A stretch of DNA of 64,000 nt from Spirochaetia bacterium (GTDB lineage Bacteria > Spirochaetota > Spirochaetia > DSM-2461), in NCBI GenBank assembly GCA_963668315.1, contig OY764216.1, positions 1,056,001-1,120,000 of the forward strand, given 5' to 3'. Both the position numbers and the translations under genes were made by a program. Shown here piece after piece: positions 7,430 through 16,921 of this stretch (position 1 is the stretch's first letter; the number at the start of each line of letters is the position of its first letter). The notes below the pieces were generated by a model. That model made no database searches and was not told where the DNA came from. It worked only from the letters and a program-made list of their open reading frames with translations.

Positions 7430-9451
7430 ATGCGTATCGACAGACCCGGTCTGTTATTTATTATGGTACTTTTATCCTCGAAAATCCTTATTACGGCGGA
7501 AGATGAGCCGGAGAGGATCGTTATAACCGCCGAGGCCGAACCGGCCGATCCCCGCTCCGTTTCTTCCCAGGTGACCGTGGTGACCGAAGAGGAAATCAAG
7601 GCTTCGGGCGCCCGGAACGCCGGAGAAGTGCTCGCCTCCGTAGTGGGGGTTCAGACCGTCCGTTACGGCGGCTTGACCCAGCCCGTTCTGGTTTCTATCC
7701 GAGGTTCGTCCCCTGAGCAGGTGCTGGTGCTGGTTGACGGCAAGCGGCTGAATTCCGCCCAGGGGGGCGGGGTGGATTTTTCCACGATCAATCCCGACGA
7801 TATCGAGAGGATCGAGGTCATAAGGGGGGGAGCCTCCGCCCTGTATGGCGAAAACGCCCTGGGAGGCGTGGTCAACATCATTATGAAGGACGGAGCGGGG
7901 GAAGACTTCGCCCTGGCCGTAAAGGGCTCCGTAGGTTCTCTGGAAACCTGTGAAGGGGGAGGGCAGATCCAGGGCGGCTTTAACGAAGGGAAGGGGAACT
8001 ATTTTTTCTCCCTTTCCGCTCTGAGAACCGGAGGCAGTTACACCTACGCCAACGAGCATGAGGACGACGGAACGGCCGAATTCGTCAATAGCGACGGCAG
8101 CAGCCTGAACGGTTCAATCAAAACAGGCTATCATATTTCCTCTTCTCTGCAGCTGAATCTGAACGGGCAGTACCATCTTGATGAGAAGGGAGTCCCCGGT
8201 ACGGTAGAGTTCCCCTCGGAGAACGCCCGCATGGCGGATCACCGGTTCGTCACGGGCGGCGGTGTTCTCTGGGATACGCCGATGGGCGCCTGGGAGGGAA
8301 GCCTTTCTATCATCAAGCAGACCCGCCATTATGAGGACCCCGATTTCTATCTGGGGGCGGTGGATGATTTCCACGACAACACAGCTTTGAGCGGGGAGTT
8401 GCTCTGGTCCCGGGAAGACGTTTTTTCCCGGTTCAGCCTCTCCCAGAACGCGGGCTACTCCCTGCGCGGAGACAGTCTGCAGTCATCCGCTCTGATCAAG
8501 TCATCCGGACTATCCGAAGGAGACGGAACCGTTTCCCGTATTCAGCATTCCCTGTATTACCGGTCCCAATGGGGATTCTTTCCCCGGGAGGAAGGGGAGC
8601 CCTCGGTTCTCTCCCTTTTTCCCGCCCTCCGCTACGACTGGAGCCGCGTCAGGTTTGACGATGAGGATCTGGTCAAGACAAGCGATGCTCCCTCCTGGAA
8701 TCTGGGAATCAATATCTCGGTGGATAGGCAGCAGAAAATTGTCCTGAAGGGGAACGGGGGGTACTCCTACCGGGCTCCTTCCTTTGATGACCTTTTCTGG
8801 CCCTCTTCTTCTTTCGCCGTGGGGAATCCCGATCTGGAACCGGAGGAGGCACTGATCTTTGACGGGGGTGTCCTTCTGAAGCCCCTGACCTGGATGTCCC
8901 TGGAGGCGGTCTATTTCTACCACGACGTGACCAACCTGATTCAGTGGAATCCCGGAGCATTCGGTCAGTGGCGGCCCCGTAATCTCGCTTCCGCCCGGAT
9001 TCAGGGTTTCGAGGGGGAGTGCTCCCTGCTGATTGACCTCTCCTTTATGAACTGTTATTCCGAAGTCAAAGGGAATATGACCCTGCTCTACGCTTTCGAT
9101 ACCACGGAAGACTCGGTCACTTACGGTATGTTCCTGCCCCGCCGGGCTCCCTATCAGTTCAACGGCATTGTCTCCCTGAATCACTATGACGGGCACTTCA
9201 TCCGCCTGGAGGGACGTGCTGTTTCCCCCCGGTATATAACCGCGCAGAATACGAAATATCTGGAGGGATATTTTATTCTGGATCTTAATGTGAACGCCCA
9301 GATAAGGGAGAACTGGTACGTCAATATGGCCGTAAAGAATCTATTGAACCAGTCCTATGTGGATATTCAGGATTACCCGGTGCCGGGAGTGGAATTTTAC
9401 GTGGGAACCGGCTGGAATTACAAGCCGGAATCGGGGGAAGGGAAAAAATGA
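7430..9451 (+). CDS. btuB: TonB-dependent receptor, BtuB-like corrinoid transporter
   Basis: TonB-box-like ERIVITA; plug (SIRGSSPEQVLVLVDG, IERIEVIRGGASALYGENALGGVVNI); YRAPSFDDL, GNPDLEPE, KNLLN. Next to the cobalamin riboswitch. Start set at ATG 7430. Confidence 0.85.
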   Translation: MRIDRPGLLFIMVLLSSKILITAEDEPERIVITAEAEPADPRSVSSQVTVVTEEEIKASGARNAGEVLASVVGVQTVRYGGLTQPVLVSIRGSSPEQVLVLVDGKRLNSAQGGGVDFSTINPDDIERIEVIRGGASALYGENALGGVVNIIMKDGAGEDFALAVKGSVGSLETCEGGGQIQGGFNEGKGNYFFSLSALRTGGSYTYANEHEDDGTAEFVNSDGSSLNGSIKTGYHISSSLQLNLNGQYHLDEKGVPGTVEFPSENARMADHRFVTGGGVLWDTPMGAWEGSLSIIKQTRHYEDPDFYLGAVDDFHDNTALSGELLWSREDVFSRFSLSQNAGYSLRGDSLQSSALIKSSGLSEGDGTVSRIQHSLYYRSQWGFFPREEGEPSVLSLFPALRYDWSRVRFDDEDLVKTSDAPSWNLGINISVDRQQKIVLKGNGGYSYRAPSFDDLFWPSSSFAVGNPDLEPEEALIFDGGVLLKPLTWMSLEAVYFYHDVTNLIQWNPGAFGQWRPRNLASARIQGFEGECSLLIDLSFMNCYSEVKGNMTLLYAFDTTEDSVTYGMFLPRRAPYQFNGIVSLNHYDGHFIRLEGRAVSPRYITAQNTKYLEGYFILDLNVNAQIRENWYVNMAVKNLLNQSYVDIQDYPVPGVEFYVGTGWNYKPESGEGKK

Positions 9452-10494
9452 AAATCCGATTCGTTTCTATTACGGCTGTGCTGCTCTTTTTCTCTTCCTG
9501 CTATCAAATTACCAGTATCAACACCGGTCGGTCTTTTCCCGATTACGAGCGGGAGTTTTTTGTCCTTAACGGATTGGCCGAGACCGTTTCCGTCCTGGAA
9601 CCCTCCTATCTGCGGCTCCATGATGACGCTTTTCTTACCGGAAGCGCCCCGAACCATATCCTTTACCGGAATGATTTGTTATATGTGACCAATTCGACAG
9701 ACAACAGCATTACCATTTATAATGAAACGACCCTGGAAAAGTCCGATGAGATTTATCTTGGCTCAAACCGTAATCCCTGGATGGTCATCGAGGCGGAAGG
9801 GACAGGCTGCGGGTATGTGCCGAACTTCGTCGCCGGCACCGTTTCCATCATCGATTTCGGGAGCGGCGATATCCTTGATGAAATTTCCGTGGGTAACGGA
9901 CCGGAAGGAGGCTGCTATATGAATGGCTATGTCTTTGTCGCCAATACCAATTACGACGCCGATACTTTTACCTTCGGGGAGGGTTCTGTCTCTATCATCG
10001 ATACTGCCGATAACAGTGTGATCGAAACGGTGTCCATGGGAGTGGGAAGTGATCCCCAGTCCATTCTGGCCTTTCCCGATAAGAATGAGGTCCATGTTAT
10101 CCTTACGGGAGAATATACCGAAGATGACGGGGCTGTCGTTGTTCTGGACGGGACCACATTTACCGAGAAAACCCGATTGGCCATTGGGGGTTCTCCCGTG
10201 GGTACACCGGGAAGCATTGACCGTGACAACTCACTGGTATATCTGTGCGGAACGGCGGGTATCATGTCTTACGATTATGAAAATCTGACGGTCGTCCATG
10301 GATCGGACGACTATATTCTGGCTTCGGGAGGAGACACGTACATGGATGCGGCCGTTGATCCTGTCAGCGGGATCATCCTGGTGGCGGACTTTTCCCAAAG
10401 CGAAATTATCGTGCTCGACAATACCGACTATTCTGAGATCGAAACGATTCAGGGGTCCGATGGTGTCCAGAAATTCTTCCTTGTTGCGGAATAG
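9448..10494 (+). CDS. YncE/YVTN-type beta-propeller lipoprotein (BtuG-like)
   Basis: Lipobox FFSSC; repeats LYVTNS..NSITI, GTVSIID, ISVGNGPEG, GSVSIIDT; ATGA-coupled to btuB. Confidence 0.75.
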   Translation: MKIRFVSITAVLLFFSSCYQITSINTGRSFPDYEREFFVLNGLAETVSVLEPSYLRLHDDAFLTGSAPNHILYRNDLLYVTNSTDNSITIYNETTLEKSDEIYLGSNRNPWMVIEAEGTGCGYVPNFVAGTVSIIDFGSGDILDEISVGNGPEGGCYMNGYVFVANTNYDADTFTFGEGSVSIIDTADNSVIETVSMGVGSDPQSILAFPDKNEVHVILTGEYTEDDGAVVVLDGTTFTEKTRLAIGGSPVGTPGSIDRDNSLVYLCGTAGIMSYDYENLTVVHGSDDYILASGGDTYMDAAVDPVSGIILVADFSQSEIIVLDNTDYSEIETIQGSDGVQKFFLVAE

Positions 10495-11212
10495 GGTTTT
10501 CCTGGCCTTTCTGGGGTCTTTGCTGTTTCATGCCGTGCTGTTGGGGTGTCTCGGTCTTATTCGGTCTTCCTCACCGGCTAACACCGCTGGGGGAATTCCT
10601 TCTCTGGTTGTCTCTCTGGCCGGAGATTCCCAGCCGGAACCGGCCGCGGATGTCGCCGTGGAGAGGCTTGACCCCGAGGTCCCCGAAGGGCGGCCGCAGG
10701 ATGCACCTGCCGGTGCCCTTCGCGGGGAAAAGCCCGGAGAAAGTCCTTCTTTGCCCGATGAAGCAGCTTCTGAAGCGGCAGACGGCGAAAAATATAACGA
10801 CCGTGAAGTCCTTGGGGAGACTATTGAAAAATCAACCCCCGTAAATGATAAGCCTGCTGGCAATTCTTCTGGAATCTCAGGGGGAGGAGCAGAACGGGAC
10901 GCGGTCCTTGAAGAGTATTCCGGTGAAGGAGAGGTTCAGGCTTATCCTTCTTTCGAGACCCTTTCCCGTGGACTGAATCTGCCTCCTCCTTCCTATCCGC
11001 CGCCTGCTAGAAAATGGGGGTATCAGGGGGAAGTCCTTGTCTCCATGACAATTAATGAAGCCGGGGAGCTCGATGATGTGGAGATCCTGGAATCCTCGGG
11101 CTATGACATACTGGATAAAGAGGTTATCCGTACTATTAAAAAGAAATGGCACTTTAATCCTCCCGGAGAGATCGTTGTGCTGGAAAAGCTTTTCGAATTC
11201 CGCCTTGAGTAA
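10460..11212 (+). CDS. tonB: Energy transducer TonB
   Basis: TM with SLLFH (SHLS-like) motif, Pro/acidic linker, C-terminal PSYPPPARKWGYQGEVLV...ESSGYDILDKEV...WHFNP. Start estimated at ATG 10460. Confidence 0.85.
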   Translation: MVSRNSSLLRNRVFLAFLGSLLFHAVLLGCLGLIRSSSPANTAGGIPSLVVSLAGDSQPEPAADVAVERLDPEVPEGRPQDAPAGALRGEKPGESPSLPDEAASEAADGEKYNDREVLGETIEKSTPVNDKPAGNSSGISGGGAERDAVLEEYSGEGEVQAYPSFETLSRGLNLPPPSYPPPARKWGYQGEVLVSMTINEAGELDDVEILESSGYDILDKEVIRTIKKKWHFNPPGEIVVLEKLFEFRLE

Positions 11213-11338
11213 TCCTCTGTTAGTGATTTATAAGAGAATTATTTGTTTTCTAACCCCCCTCCATAGAAATTATGATAAAATGAGTTAATATTTAGAGAAG
11301 GCTCTCTCTGAGCCCGAACTTTTTATTAAGGAGAAGCT

Positions 11339-12811
11339 ATGAAAAACAAAATGTGGTTTAAGGCAGGAGCGGTATTGCTGGTGCTGGCACTGGCTCTGGC
11401 CGGATGCGCCTCCGCCCCCAAGGTGGATTCCGCATCATTGACGGTAGTCCATACCAATGATACCCACGGAAGAATTCTGGAGGGGAAATATGACGGTATG
11501 GGATTTGCGAAAGTATCCTCTTACGTGAAAGGCCTGGAGGCCGAGGGTAAGGATGTTCTGCTGCTGGACGGCGGCGATACGACGCACGGAATGACCCTTG
11601 TCTCCCTCTCCGAGGGCGCCGCGGCCATCGAGATTATGAATACCATGGGATATGATGCCATGGTTCCCGGTAACCATGACTTCAACTACGGCTGGGAAAG
11701 GCTGGTTGAGCTGGCCGGTATGGCCAACTTCCCCATCGTCTGTGCCAATGTTGTCAACGATGAAACGGGAGAGACGATTCTTCCCCCCTATACCATTCTG
11801 GATGTGAACGGTATGAAAGTGGGTATTTTCGGACTTACCACCGAAGAGACCCTTTACAAATCCCATCCTAAAAATACGGCGGGGCTGACTTTCCTCGATC
11901 CTGTCGAAACTTCTGAAAAAATGGTCAAGGAACTGAGAAAGAAGGTAAATGTTCTTATCGCTCTGGGACACCTCGGACTGGATGAAGATACGAAAATAAC
12001 CAGTAAAGTCGTCATGGATTCCGTAGAGGGAATCGACCTGTTTATCGACGGCCACAGCCATACGCCCCTCCCCGAAGGACTTATGGCAAAATACGGTCTG
12101 ATAGCTCAGGCCGGCGAGTACGACAAATTCCTGGGTGTTGACACCATCAATGTAAACATGGGTGAAGTAACGGCCAAAGCCAGTCTTTATACCAAAGAAG
12201 AGTCTGCCTCCCTGGAAGATGACGCCGCTGTTATCTCTCAGCTGGAAGACATCAAAGTGGAAAATGACAAGATCACCGAAGTGGTCGTCGGTCATACCGA
12301 TGTCTATCTTGACGGCGAAAGAAATCATGTCAGAACCGGAGCCACCAATCTGGGCGATATGATCTGCGCGGCACTTATCGATGTTACCGGCGCCGATTTC
12401 TCTCTGCAGAACGGCGGAGGAATCCGGGCGTCCATTGAAGCGGGCGACGTAACCAAGGGCGATGTCATCACCGTTCTGCCCTTCGGCAATACCGTTACAG
12501 TTATCGAAGTCACCGGTGCCGATATCAAGGCGGCTATCGAGAACGGCATCAAAGCCTATCCCGAACCCTCCGGCGGTTTCTGCCACTTCGGCGGTTTGAC
12601 CTATACCTTCGATCAGTCCAAACCCGCCGGAAGCCGGGTAACGGAAATCCTTGTTAAGGGAAGCCCCATCGATCCTGCCAAGAACTACAGCCTGGCAACC
12701 AACGACTTTACCGCTGCCGGCGGTGATGAGTATACCATGCTCGCCGGAAAGAAAGTCCTGGGAGAGTACGGTACTCTGGACGATATTCTCGTTGCTTATA
12801 TGAATAAGTAG
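11339..12811 (+). CDS. 5'-nucleotidase/UDP-sugar hydrolase lipoprotein (UshA family)
   Basis: Lipobox LAGC; HTNDTHG, LLDGGD, GNHDF, DGHSH, QNGGGIRA, LPFGN. Confidence 0.92.
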   Translation: MKNKMWFKAGAVLLVLALALAGCASAPKVDSASLTVVHTNDTHGRILEGKYDGMGFAKVSSYVKGLEAEGKDVLLLDGGDTTHGMTLVSLSEGAAAIEIMNTMGYDAMVPGNHDFNYGWERLVELAGMANFPIVCANVVNDETGETILPPYTILDVNGMKVGIFGLTTEETLYKSHPKNTAGLTFLDPVETSEKMVKELRKKVNVLIALGHLGLDEDTKITSKVVMDSVEGIDLFIDGHSHTPLPEGLMAKYGLIAQAGEYDKFLGVDTINVNMGEVTAKASLYTKEESASLEDDAAVISQLEDIKVENDKITEVVVGHTDVYLDGERNHVRTGATNLGDMICAALIDVTGADFSLQNGGGIRASIEAGDVTKGDVITVLPFGNTVTVIEVTGADIKAAIENGIKAYPEPSGGFCHFGGLTYTFDQSKPAGSRVTEILVKGSPIDPAKNYSLATNDFTAAGGDEYTMLAGKKVLGEYGTLDDILVAYMNK

Positions 12812-12848
12812 ACACATCGTCTGAAGGGAGTATTCCTCTCTAGCTATG

Positions 12849-12879
12849 AGGCTGCCTGTTATACGGGCAGCCTTTTTTT
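12849..12879 (+). terminator. Intrinsic terminator
   Basis: AGGCTGCCTGT-tat-ACGGGCAGCCT followed by a T-run. Confidence 0.85.
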
Positions 12880-13034
12880 GTAAGTTTGTCAAACTTCGGC
12901 ATAGTGCATTTAGGCCTATTCCGGGGTGTCTTTACGTTTAAGGTCTTTTTCTCCTTGTTATTATATCTTATTTTGACTATTATAAAGAAAGTGTATATAA
13001 AAATACGATAAATCATTATCATAAGGGGAAATAT

Positions 13035-14468
13035 GTGGATTATCCAAGAATTATTCAAGGCGGTATGGGTATAGGCGTTTCCGGCTGGGAACTGGCGAAA
13101 GAGGTGGCCCGGAGCGGCCAGCTGGGTGTTGTCTCCGGCACGGCGCTCGATACCATGATAGCCCGGAAGCTTCAGGGGGGCGATACGGGCGGCCATATCC
13201 GCAGGGCTTTCGCCTCCTTTCCCGATCAGGAAATGACGGGAAGAATTCTGGACCGCTATTTCGTTAACCGGGGCATAAGAGACCGGTTTCAGTTTAAATC
13301 GGTACCCAAATATTCCATAGAGCCTTCCCGTGATCTGATAGAGCTGACCATTGCCGCCAACTTTGCCGAAGTTTTTCTGGCCAAGGAAGGGCATGAAGGC
13401 AAGGTGGGGATCAATCTCCTGGAGAAAGTGCAGATGCCTAACCTCTACTCCCTGTACGGCGCCATGCTGGCCGGAGTGGATTATGTGATCATGGGAGCGG
13501 GAATTCCCCTGGAGATTCCCGGTGTCCTCGATAAACTGGCGAATCATGAAGAAGCCCGGATCAAGCTGAATGTGGATGGCGCGGAAAACGGAGAAGAGTT
13601 TTTCATGACCTTTGATCCCCGGAATCTCTTTCCCTCCCTTGGGAAAAAGCTGAATAGACCGGCTTTTCTGCCCATCGTCTCCTCAAATGTTCTGGCCATG
13701 ATCATGCTGCAGAAGGCATCCGGCCGGGTGGACGGTCTGATCGTGGAAGATCACAGCGCCGGCGGACACAACGCCCCTCCCCGGGGACGAATGACTCTGA
13801 CCGACGAGGGCGAGCCGGTTTACGGCCCCAAGGACGGGGTTGATTACGGCCAGCTCGCCAAACTGGGGGTTCCCTTCTGGCTGGCAGGGAATTACGGTGA
13901 CGAAGAGCAGTTTCAGAAAGCTCTGTCCGTGGGAGCGGCGGGCGTTCAGGTCGGAACGGCCTTCCAGTTCTGCCGGGAATCCGGTCTGGCCCATGAGGTG
14001 AAAGCTAAAATCATGGACGCGATTAAAAGCGGCGTCGGCCGGGTTTTCACCGATCCCCTGGCTTCTCCCACCGGCTTTCCCTTCAAAGTGCTCTCCTATG
14101 CGGAGTCCCTCTCCGAAAAGCTGACTTTCCTCAGCCGTCCCCGCATCTGCGATCTGGGATACCTGAGGCAGATCTATAAAAGGGAAGACGGTCAGCTGGG
14201 CTACCGCTGTCCTGCCGAGCCGGCGAAAGCCTACGCGGCCAAAGGGGGAGATAGGGAGGAGACGAAGGGGCGGAAGTGCCTCTGCAATGCCCTGCTCGCC
14301 AATATATCCCTGCCCAAAATGCAGATTTCCGGTTATCTGGAGAAGCCCCTCGTTACCGCCGGCTCATGCCTGGACGTGATGAAGAAGTTCATCGACCGGG
14401 GAATGAGTTCCTACTCCGCCCGGGACGTGATCGCCCTGATACTGGGAGCCCAGCCGGGAATCGCGTAG
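13035..14468 (+). CDS. Nitronate monooxygenase/FabK-like FMN enzyme with Cys-rich C-terminus
   Basis: IIQGGMGIGVS, MGAGIP, AGGHN, GVQVGTAF, SPTGFPFK; Cys motifs RICDLGYL, YRCPAEP, KCLCN. GTG start. Confidence 0.82.
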   Translation: MDYPRIIQGGMGIGVSGWELAKEVARSGQLGVVSGTALDTMIARKLQGGDTGGHIRRAFASFPDQEMTGRILDRYFVNRGIRDRFQFKSVPKYSIEPSRDLIELTIAANFAEVFLAKEGHEGKVGINLLEKVQMPNLYSLYGAMLAGVDYVIMGAGIPLEIPGVLDKLANHEEARIKLNVDGAENGEEFFMTFDPRNLFPSLGKKLNRPAFLPIVSSNVLAMIMLQKASGRVDGLIVEDHSAGGHNAPPRGRMTLTDEGEPVYGPKDGVDYGQLAKLGVPFWLAGNYGDEEQFQKALSVGAAGVQVGTAFQFCRESGLAHEVKAKIMDAIKSGVGRVFTDPLASPTGFPFKVLSYAESLSEKLTFLSRPRICDLGYLRQIYKREDGQLGYRCPAEPAKAYAAKGGDREETKGRKCLCNALLANISLPKMQISGYLEKPLVTAGSCLDVMKKFIDRGMSSYSARDVIALILGAQPGIA

Positions 14469-14477
14469 ACGGGAAAA

Positions 14478-15224
14478 TTACGCTTCAAGGCCGGCCAGCA
14501 GTTTGGCGAACGTTTTCTCCGTCATGGGTGAGTGTCCGACCGGCCGGCCTTGGAACCAGATCCCCAAGGTCCCGAAGGGGCCGGCCAGTTCCCGTGACTG
14601 CTCTGCCGAGGTCAGTCTGATGACCTCTGTTTTGTAACCGGCCTCCCGGGCCCAGCCGGCCATAAGGGGGACGTACTCCCCGGTAAAGGGGCACTGGTCG
14701 GAATAGACGAAGCGGAAGCCCTCTGTTTCTCCGGGGATATTCTGTTTTGCCGCAGAGGAAAAACGGGGCTGGGACGTTTCGTCCTGAATTCTGTACGCCA
14801 GCAGTTCAAAGGAGGGGGGCGCTTCGTCAATCACCTCGAATCCTTTGTGGATGAAGAAAGACTTGTCCGTTAGGTAATGTTCTTTTTTTCCGGTAGAAAC
14901 ATAAAGAACGCCCGCCTTCCCCTGGTCCCGGGCATCTTTCAGGCATTCCTCCAGAAGCCGTGACGACCAGCCCTGTCCTTTAAATTTCCCCGAGACCCAC
15001 AGGCAGTTGATGATGAGCCAGTTTGCTCCCTCCACCGGCTTCCAGGCTGCCTCCACGGGCATATACTCTATGAATACTTTGCCCCTGTCGTCCAGCCGCT
15101 TGAAGACAAGTCCCTCGGCGAACCGTTCTTTCAGCCAGGCTTTCTTCGCCTGGTCTTTGCCCATGGCACAGCAGATGTGCTCCCCGTCTATGTTCTCTTT
15201 TGTTATATTGATAATCTGACTCAC
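14478..15224 (-). CDS. GNAT acetyltransferase with YoaP domain
   Basis: EHICCA, KKAWLKERF.EGL.F, RGKVFIEYMP, INCLWVSGKFKGQG, YSDQCPF. Confidence 0.88.
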   Translation of the reverse strand: MSQIINITKENIDGEHICCAMGKDQAKKAWLKERFAEGLVFKRLDDRGKVFIEYMPVEAAWKPVEGANWLIINCLWVSGKFKGQGWSSRLLEECLKDARDQGKAGVLYVSTGKKEHYLTDKSFFIHKGFEVIDEAPPSFELLAYRIQDETSQPRFSSAAKQNIPGETEGFRFVYSDQCPFTGEYVPLMAGWAREAGYKTEVIRLTSAEQSRELAGPFGTLGIWFQGRPVGHSPMTEKTFAKLLAGLEA

Positions 15225-15484
15225 TATTCTCCTCCCTATGGAGAATATAGCACATCCTATACGACAGCCCTGTGTCGTAAACGGGAAAATCCGTTAGGGA
15301 TTGGAGGGGAAATAGCCCCGGACGGCCCGGCGGCGGCGACAGAGCCGGAGAAGGCGGACGGATCGGGCTATTGGAACGGAAAGCCCGGCCCGGCGTCAGC
15401 CGGGGAACGGCCGTAATTTTTATCCCGGGACTTGCGTTTTCCCCCGATTTGTTGGAAGATGAATTTATCCACGGGAGGTGGACT

Positions 15485-16912
15485 ATGAAGATACTGCGGA
15501 TACTGGCGGTCGCCCTGATCATGACGGTCGGACTGGCGGCTCAGGATATTCCCGGCATGACCCACAGGGTTCTGGACAACGGTCTGGAGCTTTTCATGCT
15601 GGAGAATCATACGGTTCCTTTGACCACGGTGCAGATCACATTCCGCTGCGGCGCGCTCACTCAGACGCCCGAAACGGCCGGATTGTTTCATTTATACGAA
15701 CACATGCTGTTCAAGGGAAATCGCACATATAAGACGCAAACCGAGTTTATGGCGGCGATGAAATCCCTGGGCGTGGGGAACTGGAACGGGGGGACGAGCA
15801 CCGAATACGTTACCTATTACTTTACCATTCCCTCGGAAAAAACGGAGGAGGGCATCTCCTTCTGGAGCGAGGCGGTCCGATATCCCCTGTTCAACGAGTC
15901 CGAACTGGAGGTCGAGAAGGGCGTGGTGACGAATGAGATAAAGGGGTACCATAACGATCCTTCGGACAATTTCTCCCAGGCCGTGGCGGGGCGGCTCTTT
16001 TACGAGTATCCCTGGCGGAGGGACGTCTCCGGGCCGGTGGATGTGATTCAGAACTGCACGATCGACCAGCTCAGGGAGATGCAGAAGACCTTCTATACCC
16101 CGGACAACTGCGCCCTCTTCGTGGCGGGCGATATCGACCCGGAGCAGGTGGAGCCCATGGTGGAGAAGCTGATGGGCGGCTGGGAACGGAATCCCGACCC
16201 CTATGTGATCGAGAATCCCCATCCCCTGATGAAGGGCAATTCCCGGGCCGTTTTCCAGGAACCTTCCATGTATCCCGGGTTCGCCAAGATCGAGATGTAT
16301 ATGCGGGGGCCCGATGTCCTGGCCGATCCGGACGCGACCTATGCGGCGGACGTGCTGCTCACTCTGCTGGGAGACCCGGAGAGCCGCTTCCGCCGGTCGG
16401 TGTTTGAAAAAGTTCCCGGCCTGTACGCGCCGGAGTACATCTGGAAATCCTACTACACCCAGAAGGACGGCGGGCAGATTTTCATGGGGGCTTACGCGGT
16501 GATTCAGCCGGGCATCGATCCCTATGTGACGGCGGAGCTCTTCAAGGATGCCGTCCTCGAGGAGATCGAGGTTATGATCAGGGATCCGGACTACTTCGCC
16601 GAGGAGGACTACGGGGTGATGAAGAACATTCTGGAGGACCAGCGGCTCCTCGCCATGGAGGTTCCCTCTTCCTTTATCTCGGAGTTCTCCTTCTGGTGGG
16701 CTTCGGCCTCGACCGACTATTTCAAGGGGTATATCGATAACATGAAGAAGGTCGGCCACGGGGAGATTGCGTCCTATCTTGAGAAATACGTATCGGAGAA
16801 GCCCTGGCTTCTGACGGTGGAGATGAATCCCGATCTCTACGCCCAATATCCCGCGGCGGACAATTATGAAGAGATCACCCGGGACAGCGCCTACTGGTGG
16901 CAGAAGAGATAG
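15485..16912 (+). CDS. Secreted M16 (pitrilysin) zinc peptidase, catalytic subunit
   Basis: Signal peptide; GLFHLYEHMLFKG (HxxEH); EKGVVTNE; GGAGG SD before ATG 15485. Confidence 0.9.
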   Translation: MKILRILAVALIMTVGLAAQDIPGMTHRVLDNGLELFMLENHTVPLTTVQITFRCGALTQTPETAGLFHLYEHMLFKGNRTYKTQTEFMAAMKSLGVGNWNGGTSTEYVTYYFTIPSEKTEEGISFWSEAVRYPLFNESELEVEKGVVTNEIKGYHNDPSDNFSQAVAGRLFYEYPWRRDVSGPVDVIQNCTIDQLREMQKTFYTPDNCALFVAGDIDPEQVEPMVEKLMGGWERNPDPYVIENPHPLMKGNSRAVFQEPSMYPGFAKIEMYMRGPDVLADPDATYAADVLLTLLGDPESRFRRSVFEKVPGLYAPEYIWKSYYTQKDGGQIFMGAYAVIQPGIDPYVTAELFKDAVLEEIEVMIRDPDYFAEEDYGVMKNILEDQRLLAMEVPSSFISEFSFWWASASTDYFKGYIDNMKKVGHGEIASYLEKYVSEKPWLLTVEMNPDLYAQYPAADNYEEITRDSAYWWQKR

Positions 16913-16921
16913 GGGGAGAGG

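Noticed and set aside
11435..12892. 485-aa antisense ORF over the 5'-nucleotidase
   Set aside because: Shadow frame of a well-supported gene; no motifs or RBS.
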